64,000 bases of DNA from Octopus sinensis. Lineage: Eukaryota. This document shows, piece after piece, positions 11,863-24,761 of the stretch (within the stretch, counting starts at the first letter, position 1; each line of letters opens with the position of its first letter). The translations under genes were made by a program, and so were the position numbers. The notes under the pieces are model-generated. The model did not search any database and was not told the origin of the DNA. It was given only the letters and a program-made list of their open reading frames with translations. The stretch lies in NCBI RefSeq assembly GCF_006345805.1, contig NC_043006.1:104160001-104224000 (forward strand), given 5' to 3'.

Positions 11863-12943
11863 GTGTCTTTGTGTGTGTCTGTGTGAATGTATAATATAAA
11901 TTCAAAATGCATCTATGTGCATCTGGGTATTTCTCTCTCCTTCTCTCTCTCTCTCTCTCTACTATATATTATATATATTCATGCGTATATATTTATACAC
12001 ATGTATGTATCGATATACGTATGCATGTATAACATGTATATCTATACTCATATATGCATATATTCAAACTTATACGCTTTTACACAGTCACAAACACACA
12101 CACACATACGCGCGCGCACACACACACACACACACATGGAGCAAACTAGAGATAGAGACAGATAGAGAGAGAATGAGAGAGAGAGAGATAGAGAGAGAGT
12201 ACGGAAGGAGAAAGTGATTTTACAGACTTAGGACAATTCTCTATCAGTCATCGGTGAATCTTGAATAAAGACAGAACAAAACCATTTCTTGTCCAAATGA
12301 CACTTTTTTTGTTTCGCAAATTTAATAATTCAACGAGCAGACGACATTTAATAAGGGTGAGTATCTTTCGGGTCATTTAGAACACACCACAGGTATTCAC
12401 AAGTATCTGAATCTTTTAAACGGCTTTGAGAAAAAACAAAATAACAACAACAACAACAACAACAACTAGTAGTCTTCGTCCATATTGTCATGTTGTTGTG
12501 AAAGAGTTAAACAATAAACGCTATTAGTAGCTAACATACTAAGCGTTGTTATTGCAGCTACTTAAAAAGCAATGCGTCTAAGATGCATTTTTTTTTTTTT
12601 TGTTTTTTTAGAAGTTATGCATTATAAAGACTTCGATAGATGAAGTATGGTGAGTGGCTGGTGCGGCGGGGGTGGGTTCAGAGTAAACAGTCTGAATGGC
12701 TTTCTTATCATTAATCTCATCTACTTCGCTGGAAATATTCTTTTTGTCTGTTTTTTTCTAATTTTTCTGTTATTTTTTTTCTTATTTTTTTTTTAGCTGT
12801 AATCCCACTGGCGTCATAATACTGGGGCCAATAAGATACGACCCATTGATAGCTCAGCATCGAAGCAAATATATATATATATATATGTATATATATATGT
12901 GTGTATATATGGTTTATGGGTTTTTACAGAAATTACTGACATC

Positions 12944-13081
12944 ATGTTAGTGACAACTACTTTGCTGTTATCTGTGTTGTTGTTGTTGTTGTTGTTAGCT
13001 AATGGAAGGAGTAACAGTCTCCACGGCCTTTGCAATTCATCCCAGTTCAGTGAGATGAAGATATTGGCAGCTATGAGCTAT
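12944..13081 (+). CDS. Candidate first coding exon of a secreted/membrane protein (signal-peptide-like)
   Basis: Acceptor TTTTTACAG (ends 12929) precedes an ATG encoding [46 protein letters not shown], with donor GTATGA at 13082. The Leu run is a (TTG)n microsatellite, so the match may be fortuitous. Confidence 0.35.
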
Positions 13082-13096
13082 GTATGATATGCACGA

Positions 13097-13130
<34 letters not shown>

Positions 13131-13305
13131 ACACACACACACACGCCCTTACAATCACACGCCACTCACACACACTCACACACATACACACACACACACA
13201 CGCCCTTACAATCACACGCCACTCACACACACTCACACACATACACACACACTCACACATATATAATAATACATATAATCATTTTATATTTAGATAGGTG
13301 TGTGT

Positions 13306-13336
<31 letters not shown>

Positions 13337-13346
13337 CAGGCACACC

Positions 13347-13393
<47 letters not shown>

Positions 13394-13438
13394 GCATATA
13401 TGTAAACATATACATGTACAGATATACTCACACACACG

Positions 13439-13505
<67 letters not shown>

Positions 13506-14074
13506 GTAGACGGAAAATAGTTGTAACATCACCTAAGGGAATCTAAGTGGATAGCAGTGCAAACCATTAACCAAGACGAAAACAAGACTTCAAACATACT
13601 CTGTCGCAACAACCATGTCTGACGAGTCGGCGAAGGTAATTTGACCAAAATATTGCAGCTCTCGCCGATGTGCATTTGTTTGTGTGTATATATGTGTGTA
13701 TGGGCGTGTGTCTGTGTATGTGTGTGTGCGTATGTGTGTATTGTATATATCGTTCTTATAATCAAATGCTATTCCATGTGTGTGTGTATTGTATATATCG
13801 TTCTTATAATCAAATGCTATTCCATGTGTATGTGTATTGATATCATTCTAGCCAAACCAGCTTTAGTACAAATCAGTGGATATTTTCATTGCTCAGAATA
13901 TCCGGATTTCTTCGTGATTGACGCGATCAAACCAGGTCGAAACACAGGTGTTGACAATCCGTAAAAGACATTCTACGTGAGCTCTATATTTTTACCGAAG
14001 GTCGTCTCATTCAGAAGTTTCTCTAAGACAAAATATCACAGCCGTTAATATAGAGATTGAATGTCATAGACATA

Positions 14075-14596
14075 CCGTAAATCCTCGAATATAGTCCGCC
14101 CTTGAGTATAATACGCAGGGGATTTTTAGGGAGCTGTGCCTCTGAAAAACCTAAACCTTGTGTATAATACGCACCCCTTCTCTAACTTAAGTCGTGCGTA
14201 ATTAAGCCAGCGGCACCTTGTGGAACAAGCACTTCCGCGCAAGCGTAATACAATAATGGTGATGTTCTTAACTGTTATATGGGAATGTAAATATGTTTGC
14301 AAATTGTCTTTGTTACATGTTATTCTGTGTTCTGAATACTTTTATCTTAATAAATGTTGCTTACTGCAAGTTATGGATGATTATTTTATGACTTCATTGC
14401 TTTCAGGCCTAGCTTAAGGTATTTTCGCGCCCGACATCACAAAATGCATCTGAATAACCATTGCCGGACAGCAAATAGAGACTCGGACATTGCTCAGAAA
14501 ATATTTTTCATTTTTAACCTCGTATATTGTCCGCACTAGGGATTTTGAGCTTTAAATTTTGGGGAAAAGATGCAGATTATACTCGTGGATTTACGG
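14075..14596. mobile_element. Non-autonomous pogo/Tigger-like (Tc1/mariner superfamily) MITE
   Basis: TIRs CCGTAAATCCTCGAATATAGTCCGC and GCAGATTATACTCGTGGATTTACGG, with TA on both sides. Confidence 0.88.
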
Positions 14597-15294
14597 TAGT
14601 TACTATTTTTATGTTTGTGAGCGCTCAGTACCTTGTTTGTTTTTCGTTTTCAATAGCAATTCTTTAAATTTATCAAACGCAGAAGACGTATCTACTCAGA
14701 GCACCGGTGAATCCGGACTATTTCCGTCTCAAGTACTTTCTGTGTACCCTCAAGAGCGGGGAATCTACTGAAGTGATAGTATTTCACTGTTGCTGTTGTG
14801 TGTGATACACGGAACAGCAAAGAGCAGATCAGATACCCATTTGTTGCTCTGAGAATTTTGTGTATTGACTTATGCTGGACTTGGATTATAGTAAGAGAGA
14901 ACTGCATAAGGTGATTAACCTAACTTTTTTGAGCCTGACGTTCTGGGCCAAAAACAAGTTAGACCAAGATGAGCGAAAGAATATCAAGAATGTTGTGTTA
15001 TGATCAAGATGATCTAAGTACCTCACCGTACTCTCAAATATGTATCACCCACCGATGGTAAAAGAAATAATCTTTCTGTTGAGGGGTGGTTGGATTTCTC
15101 CGCTCAGTCTGCTGGAAGACCACTTTTTATATTCGTAGGTTAACAAGCTATTCAAGAATTTGACCGAAAGTTTAAGACTCATCAGCTACGATCAGGCTGG
15201 TTCTATCGGTCTGCTAATTCCATTGACTAAGAAAACGATATATTACTAATTTATTACTGCTTGGTGCATGTGTGTGTGTGTATATATATTATAT

Positions 15295-15366
<72 letters not shown>

Positions 15367-15446
15367 GCGTACTCACATATAGGTATATATACAATTACAT
15401 ATATACATATATATGCATGTATGTATGTATATATATATATATATAT

Positions 15447-15673
15447 ATATTTCTTTACTACCCACAAGGGGCTAAACACAGAGGGGATAAACAAGGACAG
15501 ACAAACGGATTAAGTAGATTACATCCACCCCAGTGCGTAACTGGTACTTAATTTATCGACCCCGAAAGGATGAAAGGCAAAGTCGACCTCGGCGGAATTT
15601 GAACTCAGAACGTAACGGCAGACGAAATACGGCTACGCATTTCGCCCGGCGTGCTAACGTTTCTGCCAGCTCG
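15447..15673 (-). mobile_element. Meta-like SINE monomer
   Basis: Reverse complement of one head plus one body of 693-925. Confidence 0.88.
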
Positions 15674-15784
15674 CATATATATATGCACTTACATATATAT
15701 ATATATATATATGCACTTACATATGCGTGTATGTGTGTGTATGTGTGTGTGCGTGTGTATGTGTGTGTGTATGAATGAATGCAT

Positions 15785-15960
15785 GCATTGGTGCTAAAAA
15801 GTTCCTGGCTTTGGGTAAATGAAAATACAGGAGGATCAGTTAGGATTTTATCCAGCATGTTCCCCTTTCACGTTCATACACTTATTGCAGCGGTCCTTCC
15901 GTTTTTTAAGCCTCCAACCAGGCCTTTCCCGACAAACTTAAAGCCAAGAGCGTTTCAGTG
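15785..15960 (-). mobile_element. Mariner 3' end fragment
   Basis: Minus strand encodes ...KDRCNKCMNVKGEH, resembling the mariner C-terminal W..C....G.Y, followed by a TIR-like sequence. Confidence 0.5.
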
Positions 15961-15986
15961 TCCCCTCGTATAGACCATGCTGCTAT

Positions 15987-16538
15987 GCACACACACACAC
16001 ACACATACATACATACATACATACATACATACATACATACAAACATACACACATACATACAAACATACATACATACATACATACATACATACATACATAC
16101 ATACATACATACATACATACATACACACACACATACATACATACATACACACATACATACATACATACATACACACATACATACATACATACATACACAC
16201 ACACATACATACATACATACACACATACATACATACATACATACACACACATACATACATACATACACACATACATACAAACATACACACATACATACAT
16301 ACACACATACACACATACATACATACATACACACATACATACAAACATACATACATACACACATACACACATACATACATACACACATATATACATACAT
16401 ACATACATACATACATACAAACATACACACATACATACATACATACAAACATACATACATACATACATACAAACATACATACATACATACATACATACAT
16501 ACAAACATACACACATACACACATACATACATACATAC
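15987..16538. repeat. (CATA)n/(CA)n microsatellite, ~550 bp
   Basis: Seen directly. Explains the 181-268 aa low-complexity ORFs. Confidence 0.95.
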
Positions 16539-16617
16539 GTTCATGCAACCACATGTGGATCGTTGGCGATTTTTTTCCCTCCGTCTTCTTTATCCCTTGG
16601 ACTTTCCTCTGTCTCCT

Positions 16618-16652
16618 GTTTCTGACAAAGAGCTTTGCTCGAAACGTAAAAG
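16618..16652 (+). ncRNA. Degenerate PLE-type minimal hammerhead (G8A)
   Basis: TTT-CTGACAA-A-GAGC-TTT-GCTC-GAAA-CG-TA-AAA, inside a ~220-bp pLTR-like segment (16540-16755) that ends at a TA run. Confidence 0.6.
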
Positions 16653-17229
16653 CACCATTCTTTCCTTCCATGAGCGTTTGCTAGCACTTTGCATGTACCA
16701 CGTCCCCGCGTTGTTGTTTCTTCTTGTGTTTGTTCTTCGTTTTTTGTATTTACTATATATATAAATTTGTAAATTTTCAATTTTAAAAATTTTTTTGTTT
16801 TTATTATGGCTTGCACAGTAAGGTTCGGCGAATTTATTTCCACATACACATACTCATCTGTTAAAATTAAAATATAGTATTTGGGATCGATCTATAATTA
16901 AGATGTTTAGGGGACCTGACGATTGGGATTGCGTTTTAAGAAATGTTCCTGTAAAACACTGCGTGCTTAAGGAACCGTAAAAGAACCTCAAGAAACACGT
17001 GTAGCAGAGATTTAGAAATGGGTAGTAAGTATTAAAACAAAATTCTTTTATATGGTGTGATGATGGGGACTGCTATCTCTAAATAACATATATTTCCTCA
17101 TTGGGAATAATTCATTTTATTTGAAACCCCTGTGATGCCGGAATTTTTTTCCCTAATAAATAATATATATATATATATATATATAAGAATGAATGTTTTT
17201 ATATATAATGAACGTGAAATACAGGAAGG

Positions 17230-17460
17230 GACGAACACGGAACACAGACAAATCATTCGAAGCCTTCAATCTTCAGTCAGACACCGAATCATCATAGCAA
17301 ATTTCGGCTGTTCAATTCTGATATTTGCTCCAACTCGGCCAGCCCCAAGAAAAAAAACTAAGCTGTAAGCATTAGATTTCTTGGTAGAAGACAGGAATGT
17401 GAACGCACAAGACGGATGTGAATACAAGAGACGAAAACGAAATTGAAAACAGTAATGAAT
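17230..17460 (-). repeat. Dispersed repeat, homologous to 6660-6900
   Basis: Reverse-complement similarity to 6660-6900. Begins just after a (TA)n tract. Confidence 0.7.
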
Positions 17461-18862
17461 AAACAAAATATATATAACGGTGGTTGTCATACGACTTTAG
17501 ACCATATATCTAGCAGCATTAGCGTCATGCAGTGATGATGAATAAACGAACTGCTTCTGACTTATTTTGACATCTAGAGGTAAATTCAATACGCTTGTGG
17601 CAATTTTACACATCTCAGCATAACACAGAATTCTTTCCTCACGGTAATTGCAGCAAATTAGCCTCAAGGTTACTTAAAATATGTCATAAACACATTTTAA
17701 CTGACCTAAAGCACTTTTATTCCTTATTATTGATTAGCGCTGATGCTTCTATTTTTATTCCGACCACGAGTGGTATTCAGTCACTGGGGTTAACTGTTTC
17801 AGATAAAGCTTTGAATCTGCTCAAGGGTATCACTTTTAAATATTTCCTATAGAAGAAGGCTAAAGAGTCCCAAGCCGTCTGGTTATCCGCTAGGGGTAAG
17901 CATCGGGCAGGTATGGTGTTTGTACACCTTTTACCTTAAAACAGAATCTTTATCTCTATGGTAACTGTAGTGGATTTAGCTTTAGATGTTAAAATATGTC
18001 ACAAATATAGTTCAAATAATCTAAAGCTCATTATATATGTATATATATATATATGTGTGTGTAGGTACGAATGTATATATATATATATATACATATATAT
18101 CTGAATGTATACATACGTGTATATATTATATGTATATATCAATGCTTATTTTAATGCTTAGTTGTAATAAAATAATTTTGGGTTAATCTGAAGAGTTCAT
18201 CCATACTTTTGTACAATACGAAACACATATATATATATATAGATAGATAGATAGATAGATATATGTGTATGTGTGTAAGTGTGCGTGTATGTATGCATGT
18301 GTGTGTATATGCATGTATGTTTGTATACATGTGTATGTGTATGTACTTTGTAAACAATTTAGTGCCAAATAATTCGTCACATCCATATCGATGAGATGAT
18401 GCCCCAACGTTCTCAATCATTATATCGTTATCTGAATCTATTGTACAACAAACATTTTTTTTTATAGTTTTGGACACATTAATCTCACATTAAATAGCTA
18501 CTTACACAAATTATCCTTTCATTATCTTCAGTTCCTATTCCAACCTCACTGCATCCTTTATTCCACTCCCTCCTCCTCTTCTCCCTCCTCTACTTCATCT
18601 TCCCTCCTCCCCCTCCTCCGTCCTCTTCCTCCCCTCTTCCTCCTCCTCCTCCTCTTCCTCCCCTCTTCCTCCTCCTCCTCCTCCTCCTACTACTACTACA
18701 TGTTTTACACTGCCTCCTTTATTCCACTCCCTCCTCCTCTTCCTCCCCCTCCTCCTCCTCCTCCTACTACTAATACTACTACTACTACAACAACATGTTT
18801 TACTCTTAGCCCTTATACTCTTCATTTCTCCTATGTCTCAATTGGCTGCTTTCTATCCGTTG

Positions 18863-18894
<32 letters not shown>

Positions 18895-19239
18895 TAATGC
18901 AGATTATTTCTTTATCCTTTGCTTCTATCTTTTTCTATTTTTTTTATTCTGCCAGAGTGTGTGAGTATGTGAGGGTGTATATATTCTATGTTGTCAGATA
19001 AATTCGTTTTTTTTTTTTTTCCCCCAATGTTATTTGAATTAACACGAAAAATATTTTTATTCTAGTGTCCTATACTTTCGGGAGCTCTATGTTTTCACTA
19101 CAAATTTTGTTTATAATTTTTCTATTTTTGTCCTTTTTTTTTTTTAGATTTGTAAAAATCTTAACTTTTCTCAGACATAGCAATGAAGTGTCAAGCGCAA
19201 AAATAAAAACAAAAAGAAGAAAAAAACGACCATTTTCAA

Positions 19240-19700
19240 CACCTTTACTTCTAATCATATTTCCAGAGATGTCAAAGCCGCTGGAGAAACCAGTGCTGTC
19301 TACGGAAAAGGTTCTATTACTGAAATAACTGGACAGAAATGGTTTTCACACTTCAAGGAAGGGATATTCAACTAACAGACTCCGTGTTCGAGTCGGCCTT
19401 TTCATTCCAATGAGAATCGATTGAACGAGCTCATACGCGAGGGTCCACGCCAGTCCACTGGGGAATTGACCTACCGGATGTGATACCTTCATCATACCAT
19501 CGCCACCATCTTCATTCGATGGGTAAGGGCCAAAAATATGGTGCATGAGTACCACACAATCTGAATGATATTGACAATATCCATCGCTCCTCTTTCGCCG
19601 CCAGTTTGCTGGCTCGACACCAAGCTCGTGGACACAAACAGAGATTTCTTTAGCACATCGTGACCGACGATGAAAAATGGTGTCTCTAGTTCAATATGAG
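19240..19700 (+). pseudogene. Mariner transposase fragment
   Basis: Encodes HLHSMGK.QKYGA*VPHNL (WVPHEL motif) and RFL*HIVTDDEKWCL (first catalytic D region). Confidence 0.8.
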
Positions 19701-19839
19701 ACAAGAAAGAATTCAGTTTATTAGCCTTTTTTCGGTTGCTCTTCAACAGTCTACAACAGTTTGTTTCTTCAACAGTTTGTTTCAATAACAATGTGCGATC
19801 GATTGACGATAGTAACATCGATCACCAAAGCAATTTATC

Positions 19840-20770
19840 TTAGACGAATCGCCGGATTATTACCTCCCACTTTGAAGGGTACGCGTTTGCAGTCCAGGAA
19901 CAGAAAATATCAACCAAATACCTAATGCACAAAAGAGATAGAGATGCGGGAAAAGCCGTAAAATGTGACAACCGATGTAGACTTTGTGGAGTTCACACTG
20001 AAAATATCACCTATATCATAAACAGATGTCCGAAAATGTCATCACGGTAGTATCTACCGATGAGACATTACGTTGTACCTAGAACACTCTATAAAGAAAT
20101 CAGTCGGAAGTATAATCCCGAGGACAAAGAAATAAAAGCCCATAATATGGTAGAAGCCATAGCAATTCATAATGTAAAGGAATATTGGTGATATAATGAT
20201 TGTGGATAGAGAAGAGAAATTGTGCAGAGTAGTAGAAATTATCTACCCAGTGGATGTTAGCATAAAGCTGAAGATCAATGTAAAAGAGAACACCTATGCT
20301 GAACTATTGAGAAATCTATAGTTACTCTATCCAGATTACAAGTTTAGGTTTAAACCTGTAATTATTGGGGCCCTGGGATATGTAACACGCTACCTAAATA
20401 CCAATCTTGAGAAATTAGGCTTCTCAAACCCAGAAAGTAGAAAGCTAATTCGAAGGCTACAGATCCAATCCATCACTGGAACTGTAAAAATCTGTAAAAC
20501 TTGACAGAAGTTTATCATTTAAACATATATGATCATGTCTAGATATGTAACTATATGCATGAGAATACATACATAAAGCCTCCAAACATACATACATGCG
20601 TACAAACATACATACATACGTACGTACGTACGTACGTACATACATGCATACAAACAAAAATACCCTGTTGATGTTGAAATTCCAATGAAAGAACCTTGGG
20701 TCTAGGTTAGAAACCGATTCTTTCTCCAATGGCAAGAAATCTTGAAATAAACCGAATAATGACATAAATA
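19840..20770 (+). pseudogene. R4/Dong-like non-LTR retrotransposon 3' end (CCHC knuckle, restriction-like endonuclease, 3' UTR)
   Basis: FEGYAFAVQEQ, CRLCG..TENITYII.RC, YLPMRH, DIMIVDREEK and PVIIGALG. The 3' UTR is also present at 51345-51443 (-). Confidence 0.82.
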
Positions 20771-20783
20771 CATGCATACTAGC

Positions 20784-20837
<54 letters not shown>

Positions 20838-21790
20838 ACATACATACATACATACATACATACATACATACATACATACATACATACATACACACACATA
20901 CATACTTGTTTATATATGTATTTGTATGTATGGCGTCTTCTATATGGGTGTATATTATGTATGGTATGCTCACGACTGACTATATGCATGGTTCAATAAC
21001 AATGTTGTAATTTTATCTACACATGTTTGTGTATATACCAAATGTATCGATATGCATGCTTATGTATGCATAATTATTCTTCTTGCGCGCATGCGTATGT
21101 ATGTATATATATACAAGTGATTGTATGTGTGCATATATAGTTGTGTGCCTGTGTCTGTGGGTTGATCCATGTGGTTGCGGTATGTCTGCGTGTGTTTTTA
21201 TGGCATCGTAAAACCAGGGGGAAAAAAGTGACTCAATAACCTTTGTGAGTCATTTATAGTTTAGTAATAATGAGTAAGGTTGAGGAAAGATCTGAGAGAT
21301 TGTGTAATGTACAAAAGATATCAGCCATGATTGACTGCTGGAAAAAAATGGGTAACTTGAAAAACAAACGAAAAATAATATATAATGGCATTCTCACACA
21401 TGAATCCACCCTTAATATAAAGCAAATAAAAAACGTGACCAGAACCAATTCTTTCCCAACCCCATTGTAAATGAAATTAACAGTTATTTGCAAAACAGGA
21501 CAGGAAATGATAGAACTATTAAACAAAATGAAGAATGAGGTGGAGAAATCCAAAGTATTGACTAAGGAGATGGCTTTAGGTTTATGCAATTGGCATTACG
21601 TCGGTTACGACGTCGAATGTTCTAGTTGATCCGATCAACGGAACAACCTGTTCAAACAACGACATATGCCTGATTATCTGCATAATGTGTCGATTTATGA
21701 AAGTATAATATAACTGATGCTCTACTGGTTACGACAAGGGTTCCAGCTAATCCGATCAACGGAACATTGATCGGATCTGAAATTAACGTG

Positions 21791-21958
21791 TTTGCCCCTT
21801 ATCAATGTAGATTGATAAGGGGCAAATGCCCTGAAACTAGTCTGTAGAAGTTAGACCAGCAAGGGGAAGCGGCTGACCTCCCCTGTTCGAAGGTTATAAT
21901 GGATACAGGTTCGTGTGTCACATAGCTAGCTAGAGGCGATGGCCTCTTGGAGCTAATC
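21791..21958 (+). mobile_element. PLE pLTR-like fragment with 5' inversion and a U3-A8 hammerhead
   Basis: TTGATAA-GGGGC-AAAT-GCCCT-GAAA-CTAG-TC-TGTAGA (21812-21848). The inverted segment 21791-21811 supplies the stem I 5' strand TCTACA. Confidence 0.72.
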
Positions 21959-21959
21959 A

Positions 21960-22077
21960 ATGGTCTCTGGTTCAGTCCCACTGCGTGGCACCTTGGGCAA
22001 GTGTTTTCTACTATAGCCTCGGGCCGACCAAAGCCCTGTGAGTAGATTTGGTAGACGGAAACTGAAAGAAGCCCGTC

Positions 22078-22133
<56 letters not shown>

Positions 22134-22350
22134 CTGTGTCTGTGTCTGTGTTTCTGTTTGTGTGTCTGTGTTTGTACCCCCAACAACCGATGCAGGTGTG
22201 TTTACGTCCCCTTATGTTAGCGGTTCGGCAAAAGAGACCGATAGAATAAGTACTAGGCTTACAAAGAATAAGTCCTGGGGTCGATTTGTTCGACTAAAGG
22301 CGGTGCCCCAGCATGGCCACAGTCAAATGACTGAAACAAGTAAAAGAATG
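21960..22350 (+). mobile_element. CORE-like SINE (5' truncated) with internal (TA)n(TG)n
   Basis: GGTTCAGTCCCACTGCGTGGCACCTTGGGCAAGTG...GACTGAAACAAGTAAAAG. Confidence 0.88.
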
Positions 22351-22976
22351 CAAGAATTTCCATTGGTTACACCCAGTAAACATCGTTGATATAGAACACA
22401 TAATACGGTACGACAACTAAGCCGCAAAAACTGAACGAACTACATTGAAGTATGAGTATACACACAGACACACACAGAGACACACACACACACACACAAA
22501 CATACATACACAAAACTATTTACAACTTACAAACACACGCGCACACACGCATACGCGCATACTTACACAGATATTTTAACACGGTCTAAAAAGAGGCAAA
22601 CGCATATAAGTAGGAACATCATCTATGCTAAGACATACGCATACAGATACAGAATATATTTACATAACAGTACACACACACACATACACAAACACTCACA
22701 AACAAGCACAAAAGCACACACATACACACACTCGCTCATATATGCAAGCACACATGCGCACATACAAACAGGCAATCAATGGCTCATACATATCTGTGTG
22801 GAATAATTAAGTGACAAGTTACAGCTGAGCAACTTCTATTGTCCTCTCGCCCACCTGCTTCGAGTGCAAGTCTATGACAAGCAATGAGGTCATCGTTAGC
22901 TCAAATATTATATACATTTAATGCTCACTATAACAATTACACGATATACTTATATGCATACATACGTACCCCCCCC

Positions 22977-23011
<35 letters not shown>

Positions 23012-23064
23012 AAATTAAAAAAGGAAAATACACACACTTTACATAGTTTTAATATAATTTTGAA

Positions 23065-23104
23065 ATTATCGACCGGTTTCGCTTTCGCTCTTCACAGAAA
23101 TAAA
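23065..23104 (-). ncRNA. Degenerate minimal hammerhead
   Basis: Minus strand: UUAUUU-CUGUGAAGA-GC-GAAA-GC-GAAA-CCG-GUC-GAUAA. It lies downstream of GCCATGATAGATCGCTAG, a block shared with 25915 and 34426. Confidence 0.5.
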
Positions 23105-23312
23105 CAAGAAAAGAAAATAGAAAAAGGTTTAGTGACTAGCGATCTATCATGGCGAATGCCGGACAGAGGGTAATTCAGGATATATACATATATACTTTAT
23201 TTAAAGCAGCAGAAAATTCAACAAAACCTGTTACTCTGAGAAAACAAAAAAAGTATAATCGAAATTCTCTTCCTACCTTTTCTTACTACTATTTACCACA
23301 CGTGGAACGGAA

Positions 23313-23965
23313 CATGCCGCCGAAACCTACCACAAACACACCAGATAAAATTACCAGCGAGGACATATTGAAGGAATTAAAAAGAATTAACTCAAATCTA
23401 GTTATATTAACTAACGAAATCGTTGAATTAAATTGCTGCACCCAAGAGGCAACTGAAAATGAGTAGAGAAGACAATCTACAGAGAAGGTTAGACAAAATT
23501 TGAACGAACTCTGCACAACATTGCATTTAATTTTCACAAATTATTTTGAAAAAGAATCATCACCAAAATACCAAAGCCATAATGAAAATATACCAATGTC
23601 CGCACATTTAATTAAAAGCGCCATTAGCCATATTTGGTCCCAAAACCCAAACACTAGAATTATTTCCTATTTGGCGACACCTTCTTTCGTCGAAAATGCG
23701 GGATTGCGATGGGAACGAAAGCAGCCCCGGTTCTTGTGAAACTAATAATGAGATATTTTTAATTCACCTCATGAAGTGTCACTGCAAAAATATGGACATT
23801 CATTTCACTATTATTAAAGAGAAAACAGGAAAAGATATCTGGATGACTGCTTTATCATTTGGAATGAGACCATCGAGACACTTTTGGAATTTAAATGAAT
23901 ACTAAATAACATAAACCCTAACATTCAATTTACAATAGAATATAGCAAAGAACAGCACCACTTCT
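23313..23965 (+). pseudogene. Penelope-like element ORF remnant (N-terminus plus internally deleted RT)
   Basis: RT motif KRYLDDCFIIWNE followed by ILNNINPNIQFTIEYSKEQ (~23830-23960), typical of PLE RT. The upstream MPPKPT... segment may be the ORF start. Confidence 0.72.
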
Positions 23966-24699
23966 ATGCAATAGAGTTTGAGAAGTGTACAACTTTGTAG
24001 AAAGGAAAAGGTATATGAAAGAAAATATATGTGTGTGTATATATATATATACATACATAGACACATACATATTCCACGCGTTGCTTTCCAATATTTATGT
24101 TATCATATCTAGAGGTGGATCGATGTGTAAAATCATTTTTAGTATGAGTTTTTAGGAAGGGTAGGTTCATGCAGTGGTTCATATTTTGCTTACATATAAA
24201 TATAAATATACGATATGTCATACCACTTCCGTATTTTTATGATTGTTTTTCTTCCATTCCTACTCTCTTTTTCTTCTTCTTCTTCTCTTCTTCTTCTTCT
24301 TCTTCATTTTCTTCTTCCTCGGCTACTACTGTTGCTTAAACAATCAAAACCAAGAACTCATATCAAATATTCTTGTAGGACTGCTACTACATACTGCCTG
24401 CTCCAAGTCTTCACAAGAGTAAAAAGAGAGACAGACAGATAGAAAAAAAGAAAAATGTCCCCTGTATTTAAAAACTTTGGAAATATTCTAAAAACATTTC
24501 ATTTAATTTTTCCACAATTTAAATGTTTTCATGCTTTACTCTAAGTTGAAAAAGTTGCAAAGTCTGAAACCGGCACGAAAATGTTCTTCAAGGTAAAATT
24601 CTTTTGGCATTTTCTACTTGGTCTTATTTTTCTTGTAAATATCAACTCGTGTTTTCCTTTACAACCTTCTACACACACACAGAAACACACACACACACA

Positions 24700-24761
<62 letters not shown>

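Noticed and set aside
15121-15200. CTGATGA on minus strand (15179-15185)
   Set aside because: No GAAA with compatible stems II and III. The same holds for CTGANGA hits near 6153, 25136, 29410, 30359 and 52275.
15906-16764. Several 180-270 aa ORFs (MYVC/HTYI repeats)
   Set aside because: Translation of a (CATA)n microsatellite. The same applies to the ORFs at 4.6-5.9, 13, 31.6-32.8, 40, 44 and 62.5 kb.
17640-18030. Diverged ~65-bp direct duplication about 317 bp apart
   Set aside because: Too degenerate to assign and no structural features seen.
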